A DNA stretch of 64,000 nt from an uncultured Prevotella sp. (GTDB lineage: Bacteria; Bacteroidota; Bacteroidia; Bacteroidales; Bacteroidaceae), in NCBI GenBank assembly GCA_946627325.1, contig CAMOVK010000001.1, positions 80,304 through 144,303 on the forward strand, written 5' to 3'. The notes beneath the pieces were generated by a model that saw only the letters and a list, made by a program, of their open reading frames with translations, was not told the origin of the DNA and ran no database searches. Both the position numbers and the translations under genes were made by a program. Below are positions 9,375 to 21,270 of the stretch, in pieces. Every line of letters begins with the position of its first letter. The stretch's first letter is position 1.

Positions 9375-10238
9375 ATGACCACTTTTTCTCCAGTCACTAC
9401 AATCTGCTGCCGCGGCAGACTTCTCGACTTCTCGACGCCTATTGTCATGGGCATACTCAACACGACGCCCGACTCGTTTTTTGCCGGCAGTCGCCGACAG
9501 ACGGAACACGAGATAGCCGCAAGGGCTGACGAAATCGTCGCTCAAGGAGCAACCATCATCGACATAGGAGCATTCTCCACACGTCCTGGTGCAGACATAG
9601 TGAGCAAGGAAGAGGAAACAGCCCGACTCCGACGAGCGTTGGAAATAGTCAGGCGATGCCAGCCCGATGCCATCGTAAGCATAGACACCTACCGCCCTGA
9701 AGTGGCACAAATGTGCGTAGAAGAATATGGTGCCGACATAATAAACGACGTGTCAGAAGGCGGACTTGCAACCACAGCCGACAGTAATGCGAAACAAAAG
9801 CACAACGAAGTGCCTCAAATGTTCAAAACGATAGCACAACTGAGAGTGCCTTACATTCTGACATCGGTACAAAACAACATAAACACCATGCTCAAAAGAG
9901 CAGCCGAAGAAATAACAATGCTACATAATCTGGGAGCAACCGACATCATCTTCGACCCCGGACTGGGATTTGGAAAAACACTCGACGACAACTATAAAAT
10001 ACTCAACCAACTCGAAAAGACAACCATTCTCAACAAGCCATTGCTCGTAGGAGCATCGCGAAAATCAATGATATGGCGACTGCTCGACACCGATGCAAAC
10101 AACGCACTCAACGGAACAACCACCATCAACACCATCGCACTCATGAAAGGAGCATCCATACTACGCGTTCACGACGTAAAAGAAGCGATGGAATCGATAA
10201 AAATCGTAGAAAAACTAAAAACGTCAAACAATATATAA
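9375..10238 (+). CDS. folP: dihydropteroate synthase
   Basis: MGILNTTPDSF, DIGAFSTRPG, DPGLGFGK, GASRKS, LRVHDV. Start placed at the ATG at 9375, downstream of the -7 box. Confidence 0.95.
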   Translation: MTTFSPVTTICCRGRLLDFSTPIVMGILNTTPDSFFAGSRRQTEHEIAARADEIVAQGATIIDIGAFSTRPGADIVSKEEETARLRRALEIVRRCQPDAIVSIDTYRPEVAQMCVEEYGADIINDVSEGGLATTADSNAKQKHNEVPQMFKTIAQLRVPYILTSVQNNINTMLKRAAEEITMLHNLGATDIIFDPGLGFGKTLDDNYKILNQLEKTTILNKPLLVGASRKSMIWRLLDTDANNALNGTTTINTIALMKGASILRVHDVKEAMESIKIVEKLKTSNNI

Positions 10239-10269
10239 CAAAACGAAAAACCATACACATTATTAAATT

Positions 10270-11049
10270 ATGCTATCATTTCTCGACTTCGGAATAAAAG
10301 ATTTCATCGACATTTTGCTCGTAGCAACTCTGCTCTACTACGCCTACAGGCTGATGAAAGAGTCGCGCTCGATAAACATATTCACTGGAATACTCATCTT
10401 CATAATCATCTGGCTCGTTGTAAGTCAGATACTCGAGATGAAACTTCTCGGAGCAATCCTCGACAAAATGGTCAGCTACGGAGTCATAGCACTACTCATT
10501 ATCTTCCAAGACGAGATAAGAAAATTCCTCAACACCATAGGTGCACATCAGCGATTTAATCGCGTACTGCGATGGTTACGACCACGACACGGAAAAGAAA
10601 CGACCGACATGAGCAGCTATATGCCAGTAGTCATAGCCTGTATGAATATGGCAAAAGGAAAAGTAGGAGCACTAATCGTAGTCGAACGAGAAACCCCATT
10701 AGACGAAGTAATAAAATCAGGAGAAACAATCGACGCAAACATCAATCAAAGACTCATCGAAAACATATTCTTCAAGAACTCACCGCTACACGACGGAGCG
10801 ATGATTCTACGTCGGAAACGCATCTGCGCCGCAGGCTGCATACTGCCCGTTTCCCACAACAACGACATACCAAAACACCTCGGACTGCGACACCGAGCAG
10901 CCTTGGGAATGGCAGAAGAAAGCGACGCAATAGCAATCGTAGTCTCTGAAGAAACAGGACACATAGCTGTAGCAATGAATGGAACCATACGAGAAAGACT
11001 CTCGGCAGAAGAACTCGAAAGCCTACTCACACAAGAATTAACAAAGTAG
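10270..11049 (+). CDS. cdaA: diadenylate cyclase CdaA
   Basis: Three N-terminal TM helices; SPLHDGA and GLRHRAA motifs. Confidence 0.93.
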   Translation: MLSFLDFGIKDFIDILLVATLLYYAYRLMKESRSINIFTGILIFIIIWLVVSQILEMKLLGAILDKMVSYGVIALLIIFQDEIRKFLNTIGAHQRFNRVLRWLRPRHGKETTDMSSYMPVVIACMNMAKGKVGALIVVERETPLDEVIKSGETIDANINQRLIENIFFKNSPLHDGAMILRRKRICAAGCILPVSHNNDIPKHLGLRHRAALGMAEESDAIAIVVSEETGHIAVAMNGTIRERLSAEELESLLTQELTK

Positions 11050-11119
11050 CATTTTGTAGTTTCAGCGTTTTTTCGTACCTTCGCGCCCCAATTTATCAAG
11101 TAACATTTAAGTAATAATT

Positions 11120-12316
11120 ATGAAGATTTTAGTACTCAACTGCGGATCGTCGTCAATCAAGTATGCACTCTACAACATGGACGATCGCTCAGTTATGGCG
11201 CAAGGAGGTGCCGAACGCGTTGGATTAGACGGAGCATTCGTCAAAGTGAAACTGCCAAACGGCGAAAAACGAGAAATAAAACACGACATTCCAGAACACA
11301 CAGCAGGCGTAAATTTCATCTTCAAACTGCTTACCGACCCTGAAATAGGAGCAATCAAATCATTAGACGAAATCGACGCCGTAGGTCATCGTATGGTACA
11401 CGGAGGAGAAAAGTTTGCAAAAAGCACACTTATAAACGACGAAGTACTCGCCGCATACGAAGATTGCATAGAGCTGGCACCACTACATAACCCAGCAAAC
11501 CTAAAAGGAGTGAAAGCCGTTCAAGAACTAATGCCAAACCTGCCACAAGTAGGTGTGTTCGACACAGCATTCCATCAAACCATGCCACAACGTGCTTTCA
11601 TGTATGCACTGCCTTACGAACTATACGAGAAATATGGCGTACGCCGCTACGGATTCCACGGCACAAGCCACAGATATGTGTCAGCACGCGCTTGCGAATT
11701 CCTCGGACTTGACTACCAAAAACAACGCATCATCACTTGCCACATAGGCAATGGAGGCTCAGTGGCTGCCATCGAAAACGGAAAGAGCATCGACACATCA
11801 ATGGGACTGACACCGCTCGAAGGCGTAATGATGGGTACTCGAGCCGGAAACGTTGACGCAGGAGCAGTGCTCTATCTGCAAAACAAACTCGGACTTAATG
11901 CCGATGCCATGTCAGACCTGCTCAACAAGCAGAGCGGAGTGCTGGGTATCAGCGGTGTTTCGAGCGACATGAGAGAAATAGAAGCACAGTCGGCAAAAGG
12001 GAACAAACGCGCACAACTCGCACTCGACATGTATTTCTATGCCGTAAAGAAATACGTTGGAGCTTACGCAGCAGTAATGGGAGGATGCGACATCATAGTA
12101 TTCACAGCCGGAGTGGGCGAAAATCAGAGCGATTTGCGTGAAGAAGTGTGCCGTAACATGGAGTTTATGGGAGTGAAAATCGATGTGGAGAAAAACCTAA
12201 ACACACGAGGAGAAGAAGCAATCATATCTACCCCAGACAGCAAAGTAAAGGTCGTTATCATACCAACCGACGAGGAACTGATGATAGCAACCGACACTAT
12301 GGAACTCGTGAAATAA
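11120..12316 (+). CDS. ackA: acetate kinase
   Basis: LVLNCGSSSIK, HRMVHGG, APLHN, FDTAFH, YGFHGTSH, TDEE. Confidence 0.97.
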   Translation: MKILVLNCGSSSIKYALYNMDDRSVMAQGGAERVGLDGAFVKVKLPNGEKREIKHDIPEHTAGVNFIFKLLTDPEIGAIKSLDEIDAVGHRMVHGGEKFAKSTLINDEVLAAYEDCIELAPLHNPANLKGVKAVQELMPNLPQVGVFDTAFHQTMPQRAFMYALPYELYEKYGVRRYGFHGTSHRYVSARACEFLGLDYQKQRIITCHIGNGGSVAAIENGKSIDTSMGLTPLEGVMMGTRAGNVDAGAVLYLQNKLGLNADAMSDLLNKQSGVLGISGVSSDMREIEAQSAKGNKRAQLALDMYFYAVKKYVGAYAAVMGGCDIIVFTAGVGENQSDLREEVCRNMEFMGVKIDVEKNLNTRGEEAIISTPDSKVKVVIIPTDEELMIATDTMELVK

Positions 12317-12361
12317 TCACACATACATTCTGAACAGTATATTACATTCTCAATTATTGAC

Positions 12362-15013
12362 ATGAAACGATTGTTGATAGCAGCCTTTGCCATGGCAATG
12401 ACTGTGGCAGCAGCTTTCGCACAGAGCAACAACCATTTTGTAACAGATGATGCTCGGCGAACAAAAATAGAGAACGACTTCACTGAAAAGATGAAGCAAG
12501 TAGGCAAACAGTTCTTCAATCTGAAGGGTAAAAAATACACACAGGAAGAGGAAGGTGCCCTGAAATTTCTCTATGCCTATATGCCCACTGCCGACGTGAC
12601 AGACTATCCAACGGATTTCTTCCTGAAAAACGTGAGATGTTCGTTTGCAGCACGACAACAAATGGCATGGGGAAAAGACGTGCCCGAACTGCTATTCCGA
12701 CACTTCGTACTGCCCGTTCGTGTCAATAATGAGAATCTCGACTCATCGAGATGGGTGTTTTTCGACGAACTGAAAGCAAGGGTTGAAGGCATGACGATGA
12801 AAGATGCAATACTGGAAGTAAACCACTGGTGTCATGAACGTGTGACATATCAACCTTCCGATGCTCGCACATCATCACCATTAGCATCTATTCGCTCCGC
12901 TTACGGACGATGCGGAGAAGAGTCAACATTCACCGTTGCAGCACTGAGGTCAATAGGAATACCTGCCCGGCAAGTATATACACCACGTTGGGCACATACC
13001 GATGACAACCATGCATGGGTAGAAGCGTGGGCTGACGGGCAATGGTTCTTCCTCGGAGCATGCGAACCCGAACCAGTATTAAACCTCGGATGGTTCAACG
13101 CTCCTGCGTCAAGAGCAATGCTGATGCACACCCGCGCATTTGGCGACTATAACGGACCAGAAGAGGTAGTACTGCGAACAAGCAACTTTACAGAGATAAA
13201 TCTGATTGACAACTATGCGCAAACGGCTCTCATTAGCTTTCGCATAATTGACCGCGACAACAACCCTGTAGAAGGTGCAAAGGTTGAATTCAAAATCTAT
13301 AACTATGCCGAATTCTATACAGCAGTAACGAAATACACTGACAAAGACGGCAAAACATTCCTCACATCAGGGCTGGGCGACCTTGTAGTATGGGCTTCGA
13401 AAGACGGAAATTATGGCTTCAAACGTGCCCGTTTCGGCAAAGATACCAATGTAGAGATATGCCTTTCCCGCTCAACCGACGGCGATAAAATGCAGAAAAT
13501 TTTCGAACTCGACTCCATGGATATAGTGCCACCAGCCGAAAAAGTGCGCCTCCCAGAAGTAAGCGAAGAACAAATAGCAATCAACAAACGACGCTTCGAC
13601 CAAGAAGACTCTATTCGCACAGCATACATGGCAACATTCCTTGACAGCGCAAAGGCATCTCGCATAAGTCAGAAAGGATGGAAGTATCTGGTTAAAGCTC
13701 GTGGCAATCACCGCGTTATAGCCGATTTCATCGGGCGACATCAAGACAATTACCCTCGCGTGGATAGTCTGCTCGCATCGTTAAGCGATAAAGACCTGCG
13801 CGATATGCCAATGGAAATACTCGAAGACAACTACCTCGCTAGAAGCAGTCAACTCTGTCCGCGAGTCGAAGACGAAATGATTATCTTGCCATATAAACAT
13901 CTGTTGCAAGACGTTTTCAGCAAGAAAGAAGTCGAGAAATTCCGCTCCGACCCTTCTTTGCTCGTCAGTTGGGTAAAGAAAAATATCCGTTTGAACCCTG
14001 ACAGCCGTGCCATGCGAATAGCACAAACACCTGTCGGAGTATGGCAATCACGATTTACCGATAAGCGTTCACGAGATATCTTCTTCGTTTCACTTGCCCG
14101 TTCGATTGATATTGAAGCCCGACGCGATGTCGTTACAGGGAAAGTTCAATACAAAAATGGCGCCAACTGGATTGACGTAGATTTCGATTCCACCGAGCAG
14201 ACATCAGCACCTACAGGCACACTAATACTCCGTTTTACCCCCAACGCTATCGTTGACGACCCGAAATACTACAGCCATTTCACCATATCGCGTATCGTTG
14301 ACGGTTCTGCACAATTGCTCGCCTTCGACGAAGGACAAGTGGATATGGGTGGAGGAACATCGTGGAGCAACACTTTCCGCGACGGAACTAGTCTCGATGA
14401 AGGCACCTACATCCTTATATCTGGCATGCGTATGGCTAACGGATCAGTGCTTACGACCAATCAGACATTTAATATCCGACGTGGCGAAACAACCACACTC
14501 GACCTTCATCTGCGTCAAAGCGACGAAGAAGTATCAGTGATTGGCTCATTCGACTCTGAAACTAAGTTCCAAATAATCGACCAGCAGACCTTCAATATCA
14601 TAGACGGACAAGCACCTGTGAGCATTCTTTCGCAGACAGGACGTGGATATTTCGTAGTCGGACTGATAGGTGTTGGACAGGAACCAACTAACCATGCACT
14701 ACGCGACATAGCCAAAATGAAGTCGCAACTCGATGCATGGGGACGTCCTTTCGTTTTACTTTTCGAAAGCGAAGACGATGCCCGCAAGTTCCATCACGAT
14801 GGTCTGGCTGAGGGATTACCATCGAAAACAATCTTCGGAATTGACACCGATGGACAAATCAGGCATCAAATAGCCGCGCAGATGAAACTACAAAACGAGA
14901 AACAACTGCCTATATTCATTATCGCAGACACGTTCAACCGCGTCGTATTCTGTACACAAGGATATACAATCGGACTTGGTGAGACACTCCTTTCGACTGC
15001 AAAAAAACTCTAA
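12362..15013 (+). CDS. secreted transglutaminase-like domain protein
   Basis: Signal peptide; GRCGEES (Cys) and NHAWVEAW (His) motifs; a second degenerate domain. Confidence 0.85.
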   Translation: MKRLLIAAFAMAMTVAAAFAQSNNHFVTDDARRTKIENDFTEKMKQVGKQFFNLKGKKYTQEEEGALKFLYAYMPTADVTDYPTDFFLKNVRCSFAARQQMAWGKDVPELLFRHFVLPVRVNNENLDSSRWVFFDELKARVEGMTMKDAILEVNHWCHERVTYQPSDARTSSPLASIRSAYGRCGEESTFTVAALRSIGIPARQVYTPRWAHTDDNHAWVEAWADGQWFFLGACEPEPVLNLGWFNAPASRAMLMHTRAFGDYNGPEEVVLRTSNFTEINLIDNYAQTALISFRIIDRDNNPVEGAKVEFKIYNYAEFYTAVTKYTDKDGKTFLTSGLGDLVVWASKDGNYGFKRARFGKDTNVEICLSRSTDGDKMQKIFELDSMDIVPPAEKVRLPEVSEEQIAINKRRFDQEDSIRTAYMATFLDSAKASRISQKGWKYLVKARGNHRVIADFIGRHQDNYPRVDSLLASLSDKDLRDMPMEILEDNYLARSSQLCPRVEDEMIILPYKHLLQDVFSKKEVEKFRSDPSLLVSWVKKNIRLNPDSRAMRIAQTPVGVWQSRFTDKRSRDIFFVSLARSIDIEARRDVVTGKVQYKNGANWIDVDFDSTEQTSAPTGTLILRFTPNAIVDDPKYYSHFTISRIVDGSAQLLAFDEGQVDMGGGTSWSNTFRDGTSLDEGTYILISGMRMANGSVLTTNQTFNIRRGETTTLDLHLRQSDEEVSVIGSFDSETKFQIIDQQTFNIIDGQAPVSILSQTGRGYFVVGLIGVGQEPTNHALRDIAKMKSQLDAWGRPFVLLFESEDDARKFHHDGLAEGLPSKTIFGIDTDGQIRHQIAAQMKLQNEKQLPIFIIADTFNRVVFCTQGYTIGLGETLLSTAKKL

Positions 15014-15024
15014 ACTTCAGTTGT

Positions 15025-15915
15025 TTAGAAATAAATAATCACCGCAAAGAGTGCTATCCAGCCTACTATACACCCTTGAATGAAGCGGTCGGAAAGCAGA
15101 ACTCGAGTAGGACTGCCACTCTCGGCATCTACTATCGTAAGCTGAAGATAGCGTATAATGCCTGCAAGCACAAATATCGACGTCAGATAAACATAATTGC
15201 TTTCGTATCGCTCGACAACGTCGGGCGATACTGTGTACATGACATAGCAAATCATTGTGATTGATGCAACAACGCTGATAATCTGATTTACGAAAGTCAG
15301 ATTATAGCGATTGACATTGTCGCGCATCATTTTTCCACTCTCTTCGTAAATCAACACATCGTCGCGACGTTTAGCAAACGCGAGGAAAAGAGCCAGAAGG
15401 AAAGTCATCAGTATAAGCCAATGTGAGATATAGATGCCGCCTGCCACTCCTCCAGCCAAGACTCTCAAGACGTAGCCCACTGCTATCGTAAACACATCAA
15501 CGATGGCTATCCGTTTCAGACGTATGCAATAAGCCACGTTTATGGCTATATAGGCTACGATTACTGCCGTAAGTGAGACATGAGAGTCACTTCCAAGCCC
15601 TACGAACGATACGCTTTGAGCAAGGAGAATAGACACAATAAAACATATAGACATTACCAAATAGGCTTTTCCTAAAGTCACTTTTCCACTCGCGATGGGT
15701 CGCATTCGCTTTAAGGGATGTTGCTTGTCAGACTCTCGGTCGTATATATCGTTAAGGCAATAAATACCACTTGCGGCTAAACAGAATGCTAAAAAAGCCA
15801 AAAACGATGACAACAGACAATCGATATCTGTAAGACGACGGTCAAAAAACAATGGCAAAAAGACGAAAAAGTTTTTCGCCCACTGTTCTATACGCAGAAG
15901 TTTGATTATTGGCAT
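15025..15915 (-). CDS. UbiA-family polyprenyl-phosphate phosphoribosyltransferase (DPPR-synthase type)
   Basis: RIEQWAKN, YCLNDIYDRESDKQHPLKRMRPIASG, FAKRR, SPT motifs; multi-pass membrane protein. Confidence 0.88.
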   Translation of the reverse strand: MPIIKLLRIEQWAKNFFVFLPLFFDRRLTDIDCLLSSFLAFLAFCLAASGIYCLNDIYDRESDKQHPLKRMRPIASGKVTLGKAYLVMSICFIVSILLAQSVSFVGLGSDSHVSLTAVIVAYIAINVAYCIRLKRIAIVDVFTIAVGYVLRVLAGGVAGGIYISHWLILMTFLLALFLAFAKRRDDVLIYEESGKMMRDNVNRYNLTFVNQIISVVASITMICYVMYTVSPDVVERYESNYVYLTSIFVLAGIIRYLQLTIVDAESGSPTRVLLSDRFIQGCIVGWIALFAVIIYF

Positions 15916-18086
15916 GGCTTCATCAGTTTATAATTATCGCGTTCCCATACGTTCTCATACTTTCCTTTTGAATACAGATAGTCACAAGTACGGGTAAATG
16001 TTTCACGCTCCTCATTGGTGTTTATCAGTATATAAGGCAGTGTATGTGTTTGACCAAAGGCTACGTCGATGTATCGTTTGTTCATCTCATGACTTGTGAA
16101 AACGTCGGAATATACGCCGTATGGTTTGCATCCAGTCAACGAAATGATTGGCAGTGGATAGTTTGTTATCATGTAACTACCAACAGGTACGAACTGCGGG
16201 AGTTCTCTTAGCAACATATTATAATCGTTTGCCAAGTTGCTTGATGAATATATTCCCTTTGCCATATTACTATCCACTGCCGTCTGACAGTCGGCTATAC
16301 TCCCCTCTTCCATCATCTCTCGCTTCACGATAATCGTCATAAAGGCTATCGATATTGCTATATAGGCTACTATCAAGGCTGATTTCTGCCGTTTGAACCG
16401 TTCTATCAGCATACTTACAGCGATGGGTACGGGCAACAGACAGAGGTATTGACCAAAGAAAGTGATACCTCCATTGCTTCCTATGGGATAGACAATTGGG
16501 ACGAAGAGGGCAAGTAGCAGCAATCGATAAATGTCCGATTTTCGGTCTGTAGCCGTCACCACGGCAGCCACCGATATCGCTATCAGTATGCTCGCAGCGG
16601 GCTCCCAGAAATAGATGTCCACTATCATCACTGCAGATAGTATGGCGAAAGCCGTCATGCGTTGCTTCGCCTGCCACCGGTTGTGAGCCCAAACGAAGAG
16701 CCCTGCTATGCAGATGAAAAGGCATGAGGATGCCGCCACAGATTTATAATACGAATAAAGGGCTATCAATACAGCCTTTATTGAGTGCGGGTCGTCGCCG
16801 TCGGAACCGATTTTTGTTAAGTCGGCGAGAGCCAGTCTGAAACTGTCGAAATAGCCTGTCGCTATCAATCCTACTTCAATCAGCCCTATTCCCGCTGCCA
16901 GTCCTCCTACCCACGCTATCCAGTCTTTTATTGATGGGCTCTCTGTTCGCGATAGTTTCGATATCACTATTGCGTAAATCGGCAACAAAACAAATGCTAT
17001 ATTGACTATACGGAAGAAGAATGCCATTCCTATCAGCAATCCTGAGACAGCATAGTATATTCGTTTTTCTCGTCCTTTGTCTATCATTATGACCGCTCCT
17101 ACGAGCAGTGCAGCTGAGTAGTCGTTGTAGTTTACTTCCATATATCCCTCAGTCATGCCGAGAACGGCAAGAGCCAAGCCAGCAAACACATAGCGGACAG
17201 GTATCCTACGGTGCAACGACAAGGCAATTATTGCAACCATAATCGCTGTCAGCCCCACGTGTATCAGTCGCAGGGTTACAACATTGTAACTATTTATCCA
17301 TGAGCATATTGCTCCTGTGACGTTGTAGGTCAGAATCCATTGACTGAGGTAATAGTTAGTGATTGGTTCGTCGTTGAAGTGTTGATAGCCTGCAAGGTAC
17401 ATTCCCACGTCGAGATACGACAGTCCGAAAGGTACTCTTGCCAGTAGTATCGTCATTGCTGCCACTATTAGCACTGCGCCTGTGGCGGTTGCCCAGCGTG
17501 TCGATGAAATTTTGACTGCGTGGTCAGCGAAGCGCAACAATTCGTCATCGCCCTTGCTGTCGCCATAAGCGTAGAGTTCGTAATCGTTGCGGTTGGGCTC
17601 TTTTGCTAATAGTCGATTGACCTTTTCTTTGCCTTTACAATTCGGAGAAAGAAAGCGACCAGTTATCTTCCCATCGTTGTCAACTTCTATTTTTGTTCCT
17701 ATCACTTCTGCTCCCCACGACTTTATCCACTGCTCGATGCTTGCACTGACGATGTAAACCTTGTCGCCCTGTTGCTGATGGCATTGCAAGCGGTCGGTCA
17801 TCTCCTTGTTTTCGTATTTCGAAACTTTCTCTTTGAACTGCTGGCAGAGGTTGTTGAAATCGGAAAAAGCGTCCCCCTTAAAAAAGAAAGAAAACAGTTT
17901 TTGCTTTGTTTTGCCACTTTCAACAAGACCTAATTTCATAAGTATTATGAGTGGTGCAAATAGCAATAAGCCGCAGAGGAGTTTCCAACCGCCTTTCGAG
18001 AAGCGAATGAATTCTATCAGTGAGTTGCATTTGAGCAGCGTTCCATCATAGTCGAAGACTGCTATTCTTTGCTTTTCTTCGGTCAT
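15906..18086 (-). CDS. HAD-IB phosphatase fused to a multi-pass (GT-C-like) membrane domain
   Basis: N-terminal FDYDGTL, IVSAS, K and AYGDSKGD HAD motifs (about 195 aa), then about 12 hydrophobic segments and a soluble C-terminus. Confidence 0.8.
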   Translation of the reverse strand: MTEEKQRIAVFDYDGTLLKCNSLIEFIRFSKGGWKLLCGLLLFAPLIILMKLGLVESGKTKQKLFSFFFKGDAFSDFNNLCQQFKEKVSKYENKEMTDRLQCHQQQGDKVYIVSASIEQWIKSWGAEVIGTKIEVDNDGKITGRFLSPNCKGKEKVNRLLAKEPNRNDYELYAYGDSKGDDELLRFADHAVKISSTRWATATGAVLIVAAMTILLARVPFGLSYLDVGMYLAGYQHFNDEPITNYYLSQWILTYNVTGAICSWINSYNVVTLRLIHVGLTAIMVAIIALSLHRRIPVRYVFAGLALAVLGMTEGYMEVNYNDYSAALLVGAVIMIDKGREKRIYYAVSGLLIGMAFFFRIVNIAFVLLPIYAIVISKLSRTESPSIKDWIAWVGGLAAGIGLIEVGLIATGYFDSFRLALADLTKIGSDGDDPHSIKAVLIALYSYYKSVAASSCLFICIAGLFVWAHNRWQAKQRMTAFAILSAVMIVDIYFWEPAASILIAISVAAVVTATDRKSDIYRLLLLALFVPIVYPIGSNGGITFFGQYLCLLPVPIAVSMLIERFKRQKSALIVAYIAISIAFMTIIVKREMMEEGSIADCQTAVDSNMAKGIYSSSNLANDYNMLLRELPQFVPVGSYMITNYPLPIISLTGCKPYGVYSDVFTSHEMNKRYIDVAFGQTHTLPYILINTNEERETFTRTCDYLYSKGKYENVWERDNYKLMKPCQ

Positions 18087-18978
18087 CGTGGAGTTGATTT
18101 ACGAGTTCTTCTGTTGTTTGAAAGTGTCGTTCGTCGCGTAGTTTCATGTCGAAAGCTACTTCCAATTGTTTGCCGTATAAGTTGCCTTCGAAATCGAAGA
18201 TATTGATTTCGTAGGTTGTTGTCGTGCCGTTGAATGTTGGGCGTGTTCCTATATTCATCATTCCTTTGTAATGGTTTGTTGTCGTATAGGTGTCAATTAT
18301 CTTCACTTCAACGGCATATACTCCTGGTGGTGGTATGAGTTTTTGTTTGTCGATTGGGTTTATATTTGCTGTTGGAAATCCCATGAGTCGTCCTCGTCCA
18401 TCGCCTTCGATTACTGTTCCTTTAATGGTATATGGTCTGCCGAGCATCGTGCTTGCTTGTTCCATCTTGCCTTGCGCTATAATTCTTCTGATTACCGACG
18501 ACGACACTCTTACTTTTTCGTTGTCGATATTTATATCCATTGGTGTGGCGATGATTGTTTCGATTGTGGAATTCTGCGTCAGTTGTGTTCCTCGAGCTCC
18601 GAAACGGTTGTCGTAGCCCATAAGTATTGTTTTTACGTTTAGCTGCTTTAGTATTGTTTCTGCGAATTTGTCGGCAGTGAGTTTAGCCATTTCGGTTGTG
18701 AATGGTAAAACGACGCAGTAGTCAACCTTTTTGTTTTGTAGCAGCGAAAGTCGTTCTTCGGTAGTTGTGAGCAGTTCTGGTGTGTAGTCGGTTGCTACGA
18801 CTTGGCGGGGATGTCTGTCGAAAGTGATTATCATTGAACTGCAGTTTTTCCTTTTTGCGGTGTTCTGCAGTTGTTGTATTACGTATTGATGCCCCTTGTG
18901 GACTCCATCGAAAAATCCGATGGAGGCTACTACAGGAGCATCTATTTTTGTTTGCTTGTCAAAAAAGATTGTTTCCAT
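18046..18978 (-). CDS. ribF: bifunctional riboflavin kinase / FAD synthetase
   Basis: IGFFDGVHKGH, VSSSVIR, GFPTAN, NIGTRPT. Alternative start at 19011. Confidence 0.95.
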   Translation of the reverse strand: METIFFDKQTKIDAPVVASIGFFDGVHKGHQYVIQQLQNTAKRKNCSSMIITFDRHPRQVVATDYTPELLTTTEERLSLLQNKKVDYCVVLPFTTEMAKLTADKFAETILKQLNVKTILMGYDNRFGARGTQLTQNSTIETIIATPMDINIDNEKVRVSSSVIRRIIAQGKMEQASTMLGRPYTIKGTVIEGDGRGRLMGFPTANINPIDKQKLIPPPGVYAVEVKIIDTYTTTNHYKGMMNIGTRPTFNGTTTTYEINIFDFEGNLYGKQLEVAFDMKLRDERHFQTTEELVNQLHDDRRKAKNSSLRL

Positions 18979-19000
18979 ACCGACAGAGTATGAAACGTTC

Positions 19001-21001
<2,001 letters not shown>

Positions 21002-21022
21002 CTAATGTGTTTTAATAGTCTG

Positions 21023-21030
21023 CAAATTTA
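21023..21030 (-). promoter_or_regulatory. Bacteroidetes -7 promoter box (TAAATTTG) for gyrB-ribF
   Basis: TAnnTTTG match about 43 nt upstream of the gyrB ATG. Confidence 0.55.
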
Positions 21031-21139
21031 CGTTTTTATGCTCAAACAACCAAAAATTATGTTTCTTTTTTGTCTATATTTTGCTGGTTAAAATCACTTT
21101 GAAATGGATAGCAATTTGGGTAGTATTTACATAGAAATC

Positions 21140-21227
21140 GGAAAGCATATCTTTCCGATGCGAAAAGGCATGCTTTCCAAGCCGAAAAGCACGTCTTTCC
21201 AACACGAAAAGGATAGCTTTCCAAAAT
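21140..21227. repeat. array 2: four 22-bp palindromic units
   Basis: GGAAAGCATATCTTTCCGATGC / GAAAAGGCATGCTTTCCAAGCC / GAAAAGCACGTCTTTCCAACAC / GAAAAGGATAGCTTTCCAAAAT. Confidence 0.93.
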
Positions 21228-21270
21228 TGAACGCTACCCTCTTCATTTTCAATAGTTTAGCTCTGTGGTG

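Noticed and set aside
11050-12316. ackA without adjacent pta
   Set aside because: pta may lie elsewhere in the genome; this cannot be judged from one window.
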